A stretch of 64,000 bases of DNA, taken from NCBI RefSeq assembly GCF_963921235.1, contig NC_086097.1:18974001-19038000 (forward strand), in the 5' to 3' direction. The stretch is from Mobula hypostoma. Lineage: Eukaryota. Made by a program: the position numbers and the translations under genes. Position 1 is the stretch's first letter. Each line of letters opens with the position of its first letter. The notes beneath the pieces are model-generated. The model ran no database searches, had not been told where the DNA came from, and worked only from the letters and a program-made list of their open reading frames with translations. Shown piece by piece: positions 38,284 to 50,677 of the stretch.

Positions 38284-38559
38284 GTCTAGTATCCCTTTGG
38301 TGAAATTGCCACCTGTATCCCACCTAAGTGTTGTCTAATGTCATGAAAGGCAGTGATAAGGTGATCTCACATAGTCAGTGCTAAGACAGGAAAGATGCCC
38401 CTCTCCATCTGGGAATTCTATTTATTCAAACCCTCTGGCACAAGAACCTGAACAGGGTGAAGTTTTACGGTATAACAAAAAAACTTTTAGCAGCATCACA
38501 GGCACGTAGGTACAGATAACACACAGATAATAAATTATACATAACTGAAACATTAAATT

Positions 38560-38905
38560 ATATGAGAGGTAAAGTTAGGGTTGGTGCAAGGAAACTTTTT
38601 CCACTGAGGTTGGGTGAGATGACACCCAGAGGTCATAGGTTAAGGGTGAAAGGTGAAAACCTTAAGGGGAACATGAGGGGAAATTTCTTCACTCAGAGGG
38701 TCATGAGAGTGTCGAATGAGTTGCCAGCACAAGTGGTGCATGCAAGCTCGATTTCAACATTTAAGGGATTCGGATAGGTACTTGGATGGTAGAGGTATGG
38801 AGGGCTATGGTCCTGGGGCAGGTCGATGGGAGAAGGCAGTCTAAATAGTTTTGGCATAGCCTAGATGGACTGAAGGGCCTGTTTCTGTGGTGTATTTCTC
38901 TATGG
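38560..38905 (+). mobile_element. CR1 3' fragment (same subfamily as 46830-47172)
   Basis: RGHRLRVKGE...NFFTQRVMRVSNELPAQVVHASS. Confidence 0.85.
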
Positions 38906-39494
38906 CTATCACAGGTATACCATGTCATACCACATTATACCATATTCCTCAGTGCAAAACACAAACACAATCAGAGCCAAGTTCACCATAGTGCATGTGG
39001 TAGTCCAGGTGTTCCATTGCTGAAGAAGGGTTAGGACTGTGCAGCTCAGTTCAAGAACCTGACGACTGTAGGAAAGTAGATGTACCTCTTCCTAGAGATG
39101 CTGCCTGGCCTGCTGCGTTCACCAGCAACTTTGATGTGTGTTCTTGAACCTTGTGGTGTAGGATCTGAAGCTTCTGTACAGTAGTGCAAGAAAAAGGCCG
39201 GATCTGGATGGTGGAGATCCCTGATTGCAGCAATCCGATCAGATTCCACCAGTGACCTCACTAATGTATCATGAGTCAAAGAAGATTCAATTAGCCAGTG
39301 AAGCCCATCCTTCCAAGCAGGCAAGAACATAGAGCAGGTTAAATTGAAGTGCATGAGTCATAGGTGGAGGAGTATTTTGCCAGTAAATTAATTTTTGTCC
39401 TCATAGTCCACGAAGTGAAAGGTAGCATTTAAACCTTTACCCATTCATCATGGTCTCTAAGCAGTGCAAAAGAGGGGAGGGGACGGAGGGAATG

Positions 39495-39707
39495 TCGACT
39501 CAGTCCATGAGAGGCCTGCGTCGGGCATTTTCATACCTTACAAGGCGCAGATTGGAAGTCTGTGTGGGACACCACTCCTCGCACAGACTAGAGCTATGTG
39601 TGGTTAAGTGCCTTGCTCAAGGACAGAAACATGTTGCCGCAGCTGAGGCTTGAACTAGCGACCTTCAGATCACTAGAAGAATGCCTTAACCACTTGGCCA
39701 CGTGCCC
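39495..39707 (-). mobile_element. tRNA/CORE-like SINE with an alternative 3' tail
   Basis: Head and CORE-like block match 16945-17061, but the sequence downstream of the CORE-like block is unrelated. Confidence 0.8.
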
Positions 39708-40225
39708 AACACAAACCCTGAGCAAAGGAGCCTGTGTTTACCACGCGGTGAAGTGTGTGACTCCCTGTTGCCTCATACCTCAGTGGCTGAATGATTTATT
39801 GCAAATTAAACACAAGTTACATCTGTTGTTGCTGAATCAATGCACCAAAGAGTAACATGGAAAGGGAGAAGAGGACTTTGGACTAACTTAGTCTAGTTAC
39901 TTGTTTGCTTTTAAGTGTGATTACTTGTGAGGAAACGTGGTAGCAATTTTGTGACTGGCACAAAGGACTGTGAAATGAGTGACCTCATTGTTGGTTGGAT
40001 GGTAAAATATTGGATGGGGACAATACACCTGCACTCACAAGTCACGCCAAAGGATCATTAATATATGGGGAGGGAAAATTCATCCTCTGTTTAGTGTCTC
40101 ATCCAGAAGATGGTAACTTTTCAGGAGGCTGAGATTATTAGTCTCTCTCTCTCTCTCAGGTGAAGTTGCCACCTATAACCCAGGAGAGTGCTGAGGCAGG
40201 AATAAAGTACCTCTCCATCTAGGAA

Positions 40226-41021
40226 CAAACAAGAGAAAATCTGTAGGAGCTGGAAATCTGAGCAACAGACACAAAATGCTGGAGGAACTCCGCAGGCCTG
40301 GCAGCATCTAAAAGACTACAGTTGATGTTTCGGGCTGCGACTCTTCAGCGGAACTGGAGAGAAAAAAAGATGAGGAGACAGACAGAGAAGGTGGGGGACG
40401 GGAGGAAGAAACACACGGTGATAGGAGGAACCAGTGGGGTGGGTGGGCAGAGGGGTGAAGTAAAGAGCTGGGAAGTTGATTGGTGAAAGAGATACAAGGC
40501 TGGAGAAGAGGGAATCTGAAAGGAGAGGACAGGAGGCCATGGATGAAAGGAAATGGGGATGAGCATCAGAGGGAGGTGCTAAGGTGAGAGAGAGAAATGG
40601 GGAATAGTGAAGGGGGGGCATTATCGGAAGTTTGAGATATCAATATTCATGCCATCAGGTTGGAGGCTAACCAGATGGAATTTAAAGTGTTGCTCCTCGA
40701 ACCTTAAAGAGGTCTCATCGTGACAGCAGAGGGGGCCATGGACTAACATGTTGGAATGGGAATGAGAAGTAGCATTAAAATGGGTGGCCACTAGGAAATC
40801 ACGCTTTTTCTGGTGGACAAAGAGCAGGTGCTTGGTGAAATAGTCTCCCAATCTACGTCGGGTCTCATTGATATACAGGAGGCCACACTGGGAGCACCGG
40901 ATACAGTAGATGACCCCAACAGACTCTCAGGTGAAGAGTCACCTCACCTGGAGGGACTGTTTGGGGCCCTGAATGGTAGTGACGGAGGAGGTGTAGGGGC
41001 AGGGGTAGCACTGGTTCAGTT
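40226..41021 (-). mobile_element. Penelope-like element 3' fragment (GIY-YIG C-terminus plus pLTR)
   Basis: GDYFTKHL...VATHFN...RFEEQHFKFHLVSLQPDGMNIDISNFR; 12-bp TSD tccatctaggaa at 40214-40225 and 41022-41033. Confidence 0.9.
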
Positions 41022-42451
41022 TCCATCTAGGAATTCTATTTATTCATGGAGCACAAAACATATAATAGAACATTATAGCACAGTAAGGCCCTTCAGCCCA
41101 CAATGTTGTGCCAACCTTATAGCCTAATCTAAGATCAATCTAACCTTTCCGTCCTACATAGTCCTTCATTTTTCTATCATGGATGTGCCTATCTAAGAGT
41201 CTCTATTCAAACAAGCTGGCACAAGAATTTGAACAGGGTGAAGTTTTATCTATTTATTGGAGCTGGATAATCCTGGTATTAATTGCCCATCCTAAATTAG
41301 CCCTGAATTATCTGGCTTGCCACGTCATTTCTAAGGACAATAAAGAGTCAACTAGACTCTTGCACAATTGCGTGGTCTGGAGTCACGTATAACACAAAGC
41401 AGACAAGGACAGCAGAGGTCCTTCATTCAAGGACATCAGTAAATTATATTTTTAATATGTTCCACAGTCGCTGCAGCTGAGACTTACTTTAAATTTTAAT
41501 TTTAATTTTAATTTAAACTAAACGCCCCAAGTACCAGAATGGGATTTGACTTGTCTATCAAGTCAATAGTCCAGACCACCTCCTGTGTCAGTGCATTAAC
41601 TTCATCAAGGTAATGCAAAGACTAGTGGACTGCCAAGTGTTATGAAGGTGTGCGTTTGTAGAAGGGTCGATCAATTGAAAGGGCATTGAGTAATGATTTG
41701 CTGATTGGAGTGTGGACAAACATTTTTTACATGTTAAACGTGCATCTGATGAAGGGTCTCCAGCCAAAACATGCTGCCTCAGCTCCTCCACCGTCTTGTG
41801 TGTTGCTCCAGGTACCAGCACCGACAGTCTCATGTGTCTCAAGAAATGCATTGCATTCATATCGATCGGCGTACATACTCCAACTTAAAATAAATTCAAC
41901 AGTGTTTGTGTAACAATCCCTAAAGCAGGGTTCCAACCACTCAGTTATTGGTAGGGATTCATTTCATTAAAAAGTTGGGAGTCTCTGCCTTAAAGTATCC
42001 AGTGGAAGAGAGTATTGTGCTCAGTTCTGGTGGCCTCATTATAGGAAGGATGTGGAAGCTTCAGAAAAGATGCTGAGATTTACCAGGATGCTGCCTGGAT
42101 AGAAAGCATGTTTTATGAGGAAAGTCTGAGCCGAGGTAGGGCTTTTCTATTTGGAGCACAGGAGGATGAGAGGAGAATTGATAGAGGTGTATAAGAATAT
42201 TAAGAGGCATGGATAGAGCGGACAGTCAGAGACTTTTTCCAAGGCAGAAGCGGCTAATATGAGGGGGCATAATTTTAAGGTGATTGGAGGAAAGTTTAGG
42301 GGAGATGTCAGAGGCAGGTAGGCAAAAGAGTTCACTGCTCTCGTCTGATGGCGTTATCACTTTAAGTTCCTTGAGACCTATTCTGCTCTTCATGACAACC
42401 ATTGCTCATGCAAAATAAGATAAATGTTCCTTCCTGTTTGGGTGAATCAAT

Positions 42452-44070
42452 AGTCAATAGACAATAGACAACAGACAATAGGTGCAGGAGTAGGCCATTT
42501 GGCCCTTCGAGCCAGCACCGCCATTCACTGTGATCAAAGCTGATCATCCACAATCAGTATCCAGTTCTTGCCTTATCCCCATAACCTTTCATTCCGCTAT
42601 CTTTAAGAGCTCTATCCATCTCTTTCTTGAAAGCATCCAGAGACTTGGCCTCCACAGCCTTCTGGGGCAGAGCATTCCATATATCCACCACTCTCTGGGT
42701 GAAAAAGTTTTTCCTCAACTCTGTTCTAAATGGCCTACCCCTTATTCTTAAACTGTGGCCTCTGGTTCTGGACTCACCCATCAGCAGGAACATGCTTCCT
42801 GCCTCCAGTGTGTCCAATCCTTTAATAATCTTATATGTTTCACTACAATCCCCTCTCAGCCTTCTAAATTCCAGAGTTTACAAGCCCAGTCGCTCCAATC
42901 TTTCGACATATGACAGTCTCGCCATCCCAGGAATTAACCTTGTGAACCTACGCTGCACTCTCTCGGTAACAAGAATGTCCTTCCCCAAATTTGGAGACCA
43001 AAACTGCACACAGTACTCCAGGTGTGGTCTCACCAGGGCCCTGTACAGCTGCAAAAGGACCTCTTTGCTCTTATACTCAATTCCCCTTGTTATGAAGGCC
43101 AGCATGCCATTAGCTTTCTTCACTGCCTGCTGTACCTGCATGCTTGCTTTCAGTGACTGATGAACAAGAACACTTAGATCTCACTGTACTTCCCCTTTTC
43201 CTAACGACTCCATTTAGATAATAATCTGCCTTCCCGTTCTTACCACCAAAGTGGATAACCTCACATTTATCCACATTAAACTGCATCTGCCATGCATCTG
43301 CCCACTCACCCAGCCTGTCCAAGTCACCCTGCATTCTCATAACATCCTCCTCACATTTCACACTGCCACCCAGCTTTGTGTCATCGGCAAATTTGCTAAT
43401 GTTACTTTTAATTCCCTCATCTAAATCATTAATATATATTGTAAACAGCTGCGGTTCCAGCACTGAACCCTGCAGTACCCCACTGGTCACCGCCTGCCAT
43501 TCCAAAAGGGACCCATTAATCACTACTCTTTGTTTTCTGTCAGCCAGCCAATTTTCAATCCATGTCAGTACTCTGCCTCCAATACCATGTGCCCTAATTT
43601 TGCCCACTAATCTCCTATATGGGACTTTATCAAAGGCGTTCTGAAAGTCCAGGTACACTACATCCACTGGTTGTCCCTTGTCCATTTTCATAGTTACATC
43701 CTCAAAAAATTCCAGAAGATTGGTCAAGCACAATTTCCCCTTCGTAAATCCATGCTGACTCGGACCGATCCTGTTTCTACTATCCAGATGTGTCATAATT
43801 TCATCTTTTATAATTGACTCCAGCATCTTTCCCACCACCAACATCAAGCTAACCGGTCTATAATTCCCTGTTTTCTCTCTTCCTCCCTTCTTGAATAGAG
43901 GGACAACATTAGCCACCCTCCAATCCACAGGAACTGATCCTGAATCTATAGAACATTGGAAAATGATTACCAATGCGTCCACGATTTCTAAAGCCACCTC
44001 CTTAAGTATCCTGGGATGCAGACCATCAGGTCTCGGGGACTTATCAGCCTTCAGACCCAAAAGTCTATCC
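42452..44070 (-). mobile_element. Young 5'-truncated CR1 LINE with most of the RT domain (a few frameshifts and stops)
   Basis: KSPRPDGLHPRILKE, NYRPVSL, SQHGF, VVYLDFQNAFDKV, KFADDTKL; (TCTATTG)n tail. Confidence 0.95.
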
Positions 44071-44918
44071 TTTCATGTGAACTGGGCAGGCCCTGAGAAG
44101 TCAATGCAAACTCAAGATTAAGGTGTAAATATAAAGTGGGTCATCAGAATAAAACCAGGGCAAAAATAACCAAAGTGTAAGGACTAGTTCCATTCAGCAT
44201 CTGACAGTGCAGGGGGTGTATTTTGTGGAACGAGAGGGCAGAGCTTTACAAGTAGACAGTTCAGGGTTGATGCCAGAGGTCAGTACATAGGAGAGAAATG
44301 CTCCCTGCTGTTTATCCTTTGGGAATATGGTTATAGGAATGGCTTAATCTTAGGATATTAACATTCACTCTGTTTCTCTCTCCACAGATGCTGCCTGACC
44401 TGAGTGTATCCAGTATTTTCTGGTTTTGTTTCAGATTTCCATCATCTGCGGTATTTTCCCCCCTTTAGGAATATCTAGACTTAAAACAGAGATGTGTTAC
44501 TTGGTTTCTGACTAGGCAAAGCACAAGCCTCAAACTCAGGGCTTTTATTGTGTCGAGGATTACCTATGTTATAAGATCTTGAAAGCCTGGATGACCAAAT
44601 TCAAGAACAGCTTCTCTCCCACTGCTGTTTAGACTCTGAACCTATCACCCCTTTCACATCCCCTTCCAATATTGCTGCTGTATTCTCACGCTCTTCGTTC
44701 CACCTCTTCCGTTACCGCCACAGCGCCATTTCTTTGCAACATTCTGTTGTTTTTGTATTTGTATTAATTATTGGGCATTGCACAAGAACTAAACCCTTCC
44801 ACCATCATTTTGTGCTTAACTAATTTAGCTAATAATGCCTGATTACACAAATCCTCCTTGCCTGCACCTGGTCCATATCCCTACACCCTCTGCATTTTCT
44901 GTTGCCTATCTCTTAAAT

Positions 44919-45297
44919 CGGTTGGCAGGGTGGAGATACATCTCTACCAAAGCAGGTGTAAGGTGCTCCTTCCCTCCATTAGCCTACAAGACACCCTTGA
45001 GCAAGGTGTAGTACCTGCTTAGCCCCCAATAAGTGTCATATGAAGCTTTGGGAGCAGGTGGTTTATGGTCCTATGAGCAGATGGTGCATATCACAAGTCC
45101 TGGTTATGTGGCCACTGATGCCAGGCAGACAATCTCTGCAGAGTATTGATAATGGCTGGGGTCACCCGTCTTGTAAAGACACTGCCCAGAAGAAGGCAGT
45201 GGCAAACCACTTCAGCAAAAAAAATTTGCAAAGAACAATCAGAGTCAGGGACCATGTTCTCCCACGTCATATGTCATGGCACATATTGATAATGATG
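44919..45297 (+). mobile_element. Non-coding SINE-like retroposon with (ATG)n tail
   Basis: 11-bp TSD atctcttaaat at 44908-44918 and 45298-45308. Partial reverse copies at about 16562-16710 and 61927-62030. Confidence 0.8.
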
Positions 45298-45777
45298 ATC
45301 TCTTAAATGTCTCTACCCACCTCCACCCACCACTCCTGGAAGCACATTCCAGATACCCAACACTCTCTATATAAAAAAATTACTTGTTCCACACATCTCC
45401 TTTAAATTTTCCACCTCTCACCTTAATGAATGCCCTCTAGTATTGGTATTGGTTTATTATTGTCTCATGTACCAAGATACAGTGAAAATATTGTCTTGCT
45501 TACTGTTTATATGGATCAAATCATTACATAGGGCATTTGGAAAAAGATAAAACAATACCCTTAGAGACAGAAAATTTAAAAGTGAACGATTATAATAGAA
45601 ATATTGGATGTACAGGTATCTGCAGGGAGCAGCCTGCAATGAGTCGCAATGCTCCAGCACCATCAAAGTCCCTGGGAAAAAGGTAGAACATAGAACTTAC
45701 AACAGTCCAGCTCAGGGACAGGCCTTAATTCTGTGCCAAACTAATTACATTAATAATCCTTAGTTTAGTTTAGTTTA

Positions 45778-46430
45778 GGTGGCGGTACTGTAGCATAGCA
45801 ATAAACACAGCCCTTTACAGCACCAGCTGTATAAGATCAGAGTTCAATTCCTCCACTGTCAGTAAGGAGTTTGTACGTTCTCCCCGTGACTTAATGAGTT
45901 TTCTCTGGGTGCTCTGGGGGGCAGCAGGCTGAGGGTAGCAGACACCAACAGAATCAACAAACCCATTCGTAAGGCCAGTGATGTTGTGGGGATGGAACTG
46001 GAATCTCTGATGGTGGTGTCTGAAAAGAGGATGCTGTCCAAGTTTCGTGCCATCTTGGACAATGTCTCCCATCCACTACATAATGTACTGGTTGGGCACA
46101 GGAGTACATTCAGCCAGAGACTCATTCCACTGAGATGCAACACTGAGCATCATAGGAAGTCATTCCTGCCTGTGGCCATCAAACTTTACAACTCCTCCCT
46201 TGGAGGGTCGGACACCCTGAGCCAATAGGCTGGTCCTGGACTTATTTCCTGGTATAATTTACATATTACTATTTAATTATTTATGGTTTTATTATTATTT
46301 AATTATTTATGGTGCAACTGTAACGAAAACCAATTTCCCCCGGGATCAATAAAGTATGACTATGACTATGACTGATTTGCTCCTACATCCTAAAGATACA
46401 TGGTTAAGGTTAGAATTAGGGTGTTGTGGG
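45778..46430 (+). mobile_element. V-SINE (HE1-like) interrupted by Rex1/Babar
   Basis: tRNA-like head (gagttcaattcc) and V domain ggagtttgtacgttctccccgtg...gggtgctctg, resuming at tttgctcctacatcctaaag. Confidence 0.75.
45916..46372 (+). mobile_element. Rex1/Babar LINE 3' fragment (young)
   Basis: ILDNVSHPLHNVL...RKSFLPVAIKLYNSS; aataaag followed by a (TATGAC)n tail. Confidence 0.9.
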
Positions 46431-46829
46431 CATGCTATATTGGCACCGAAAACATGGCGACATTTGCGGGCTGCTAGGCACAACCTTTGGCGATTTAATT
46501 TAACACAAAACGATGCATTTCACTGTATGTTTCGATGTACATGTGAGAAATAAAGCTTACGTTCACTTTCTGCACAATATCCATATCCTTCCGTTTCATG
46601 TACATTCTTGTGACTATCAAAGGGCCTCTTGAACGCCGCTATCGTGTTTTCCTTCACTACCATCCAGGCAGCACAGTCCAATCGATAGGCACCAGGTCAC
46701 TGGTTGTCAACCTATGCCTTTTAGAACTTTGTAAATATTTATGTACTGTCTCTTAAAATATACACTGCTTAGACTGTGAGCTTCACATGAGCAAGGAATT
46801 TCTGGTCTATTTGACAATTCTTTGGTGTA

Positions 46830-47172
46830 ACAAATTATGAGGAGTAAATGCAAGTAGGCTTTTTCCTCTGGAGTTGGGTGAGACTCAAAACAGAGGTCAT
46901 GGGTTAAGGGTGAAATGTTTAAGGCGAACACAAGTGGAAACTTCTTCACTCAGAGGATTGTGAGAGTGTGGAACGAGCTGCCAGCACAGGTGGTACATGC
47001 GAGCTCGATTTCAACATTTCAGAGAAGTTTGGATAGGTGCATGGATGGTAGGGGTATGGAGGGCTATGGTCCCAGTGCAGGTCGATGGGACCAGGCCTTT
47101 AAAATGTTTCTGCCTGGACTAGATGGGCCAAAAGGACTATTTATCTGCCGTACTTTTCTATGAATCTATGAC
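46830..47172 (+). mobile_element. CR1 3' fragment ending about 60 bp upstream of the SYNDIG1L acceptor
   Basis: NFFTQRIVRVWNELPAQVV; ttctatgaatctatga tail. Confidence 0.85.
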
Positions 47173-47387
47173 TCCAGTATTTACTGAAATCTCAAAGATG
47201 TTAGCCCAAGTAACCACATTTCTCTCTCTTTGCAGGCCACAGGCCAGTGATCATTCCCGGTGCTTGACACCTCCCAAGGGCACAATCAATCGTCCTCATT
47301 CCCTCAGAAGGCAGGACTTCGACCATTCCCACCCCCCCCAATCCCCCCCCTTTCCATCTCCCATCCTCACCCCCCACTGACTACAGA

Positions 47388-47822
47388 ATGGAAAATCTAA
47401 CAGAGCTTCAGAACCCTCTGCTGGAGAAGAACCAACACGTTGGAGGTGATTTTGGTTTCAGAGAGGATTATAATGAGGAGCGGCATTACAAGGAAAAACT
47501 CCTGAGCTACTTTGTGAGCAATAATTCAGCCAAGAACAAACCCAAGGCCAACTTCACCCGGCAGCTCCTGGACGCCAGCTCCCTTCACCTGGCCGTGGAG
47601 GCGTTTTACCGGCCCAATTTTATCTTGTACAAGGACGAGGCAAAAGAAAGTGGGAAGGATTGCAGGAGTGACAGCTGTGAGACAACGTTCACTGAGAGGA
47701 AGAACTTGACTATTGACTGTCCCGACCATTCAGAGTCTAAACTTGTGGAGTACACGGAGAACGACGTGACGATCCAGACAGTCTCCTATGAGGTGGAGGA
47801 AGAAGAGTTTCATGACTGCGAG
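47388..47822 (+). CDS. SYNDIG1L: Synapse differentiation-inducing gene 1-like (capucin/TMEM90A), first coding exon (145 codons); exon probably starts at 47236
   Basis: MENLTELQNPLL, KEKLLSYF, QLLDASSLHLAVEAFYRP, SCETTFTE and VTIQTVSYEV match recalled human SYNDIG1L (MESLSELQNPLL, QEKLYSYL, QLLDPGSLQLAVEAWYRP, SCETSFTE, VTIQTVSYGV). Kozak context AGAATGG; acceptor tctctctctttgcag at 47221-47235; phase-0 donor GAG|gtaaag at 47823. Confidence 0.93.
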
Positions 47823-48023
47823 GTAAAGCCATGCCTTTGCTTACGTGGGGTTGTTTCTCACTCCTGGAACTGTTGAGTGTGTAAAACTGTTGGGCTGTTT
47901 CAGCAGGTGTGGAGGGATTCATTGAGAGATCAGGAGAAGGTTTCGACAGTAGGTGTGCATGTGTCAGTGTCAGAGACTGCCTGTGTTTGTGCATGGGCAT
48001 TTATTTTTGTGTGCCTGTGTACA

Positions 48024-48026
<3 letters not shown>

Positions 48027-48068
<42 letters not shown>

Positions 48069-48265
48069 TGTATATGCGTTTGTATTAATATCAGAATGTG
48101 TGTATGTGTGTGTCTGTGTCTGTATATGTGATTGTATTAGTGTCAGAGTGTGTGTATCTGTGTGTCTATACAGAGTGTGTGTCTATGTGTGTCTCTATGT
48201 TTGTGTATGTTTTTGTATGCGTGTTTATATCTGTGTCTGTCTGTTTGTATATGTTTGTATGTGTC
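48027..48265. repeat. (TG)n microsatellite and degenerate TG-rich tract in the intron
   Basis: About 20 perfect TG units followed by an imperfect extension. Confidence 0.95.
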
Positions 48266-48414
48266 TCATCTGCTCTGAAGCCTATGCAGAGGCAGTTTGT
48301 GGCTATGCTAAAACTCCAGATGGGCACGAAGGCTATGACAGGGCAGGCGCTTCACACTCCCACCCCTGTATTGTACAGTCTCTGTTAAATCAGGACTATA
48401 ATTCTTTAAAGGAG

Positions 48415-48720
48415 GCTGTATGGCACAGTTACTGGAGCTGCTGCCTCATAGTTACGGTGAGCAGTTTTGCCCTTCTCTCTGTGACAGTGTGGGATCTCCT
48501 CGGTCCTCCCACATCCTGAAGACGTGCAGGCCGGTAGGTTAATTGCCTCTGTAAGTTGTCCCTATCATGTAGGTGAGTGATAGAAACATAGTGAGAGTCG
48601 ATGCAAATGCAGGAAAAATGAAATGAGATCTATGATAAGTGCAAATGAATGCCCGATGATCACCACAGATCCAATGGCTGAAGGAGCTTTTCCTGTGTTG
48701 TGTAACTCTTGAGGTTATGA
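48415..48720 (+). mobile_element. Degenerate V-SINE
   Basis: gctgctgcctcatag head, cctcccacatcctgaagacgtgcagg V-domain end, CR1-like tail. Confidence 0.6.
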
Positions 48721-49032
48721 CTTGCAGCCAAGTGGTAAGCTTGAAACATCACATGTAGTACACACAGCTAAACCGCTCGACGTAAATGTGCAACATATAA
48801 TTTTATAACTATCTACAAAAGTATAATCTATTGCTTTAATTTTGTAGATCATCAATATATAAAGTGGCCTCTCTTTGGACAACAGTGGCATCTGACTAAC
48901 AGCATAAGCGATTATTTTTTCAGTGTGGAATTTTATTTGTCTTATTGCTGCCCATGAGGATAAGGGACATTATCTACATTGCTTTTTTTTTCCCATCTGA
49001 ATCACTGACGAGTTGTTGACTAATTAAACTGA

Positions 49033-49146
49033 GCACTGTTGAATGTCATCCAGTGCAGTGATTCTATGACTTTCAGTCTGCTGGGCTACACTGCACTGGA
49101 AGACATTCAACAGTGCAGCCCAGCAGACTGAAAGTCATAGAATCAC
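49033..49146. repeat. Interleaved inverted repeat A-B-A'-B'
   Basis: A at 49033-49060 and A' at 49089-49116 (1 mismatch); B at 49058-49087 and B' at 49117-49146 (perfect). Confidence 0.9.
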
Positions 49147-49429
49147 AGAGTTACTTTGGCAAAGGGGGAATCCATTCGGCCCATGCAATCTGGGCTATCC
49201 CTTCGTAGATCCATCCATTCAGTCCCCAGTCATAGAAAAGATCCACTTGTCCACATTTGGCTGATATCCCTCCAAAAATTCCTATCCATATTCCTGTACA
49301 AGTGACTTTTAAATGTTGTTATTTTGCCTTTCTCAACCACAACCTCTGGCAGCTTGTTCCATATATGCACCACCCCCTGCGTAGTTTCCTCTCAAGACCC
49401 CTTTAAATCCTTTCCTTCTCCCAAACAGA

Positions 49430-50058
49430 AGAGACTCTGAAGATGCTGGAAACCATGAGCAACACACATAAAATGCTGGAGGAACTCAGCAGGTCAGGCA
49501 GCACCTATGGAGGGGATTAAACAGTCAACGCCCATGGCTTTCTCTGTTGCCATGGTGAGGCCAAACTCAGGTTGGAGGAGCATCTTCGCAAATTCCGCCT
49601 GGGTAGCCTCCAACCAGGTGGCATGAGCATTCATTTCTCTAACTTCTGGTAACTTCTCTCCACTCCTTCCATCTCTCCTTTTCCATTTCCCATTCTGGTT
49701 CCACTCTCACTTCTTCTCGTCTCCTCACGCTCCCTTCACCTCCCTCTGGTGCCTCTCTCCTTCCCTTTCTTCCAATGTCCACTTTCCTCTCCTGTTAGGT
49801 TCCTTCTTATTCATCCTTTTCCCTCTTCCTCCCAACTTCTTACTTCATCCTCCCTCTCCCACCCACCTTCACCTTCACCTGTTTCTGCCAAACATCAGCT
49901 AACTTGTACTCATCCCCCTCCCCCCACTTTCTTATTCTGGGTTCTTGCCCTTTCCTGTCCAATCCTGATGAAGGGTCTTGGCCCCTAACATCGACTGTTT
50001 ATTCCCCTCCATAGATGCTGCCTGACTTGTTGAGTTCTTCCAGCATTTTGTGCATGTT
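49430..50058. mobile_element. Penelope-like fragment with inverted pLTR
   Basis: Minus-strand pLTR at 49430-49530 joined to the plus-strand ORF end and pLTR at 49533-50058. Confidence 0.8.
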
Positions 50059-50677
50059 TTCCATCTCCTGCCCTCTTTCTAAATCCATTCAAATTATTTT
50101 CCCGCACAGGACCACTCCATTCGCTTTGGAAAGTCCTGATTTGTTTCTAACTCTCCCCCTTAGATAGTGAGTTCCACAAAACAAAACACAGTCTAAAATA
50201 TCTTTTTTCATAAACTTCCCATATCGTTTGCTTTTTGCTTCAACTATGTAATTGCTGCAATTATTTACCAATTGGAATACTTTTGTACAGCTCATCTTAC
50301 ACAGACTCACAGTGACCTTCTGATATGATGGACCCCATTGAAATGAAGATCATTATTCCACCAGGCCAACATCCCAGGTTGAGATCCTAACCAACTTGTC
50401 CATGCCAACCAAGATGACCATCTACCAAGTGGCCCTAACCACACTCATTGAATAAGGGAAGACCTCATTGAAATGTATGAAATTCTTATAGAGGTTAACA
50501 GGCTAGAGACAGGGTGCTTTCTTCCTCTGGTTGAGGAGTGTATGAACAATGGGCTAGGCTATTCATAGAACATGTACAGGCCCTTCAGCCCACAATGTTG
50601 TGCTGATCTTTAACCTTCTCCAAGATCAATGAAACCTTTCCCTCTCACATAGCCTTCCAATTTTTCCTTTCTTCTAC

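Noticed and set aside
42627..44121. Plus-strand ORFs overlapping CR1 (also 802-1896)
   Set aside because: Antisense shadows of the CR1 reverse transcriptase frame.
47823..47876. C-terminal VKPCLCLRGVVSHSWNC of ORF 47388..47876
   Set aside because: Intronic read-through past the GT donor; homology to SYNDIG1L stops at the donor.
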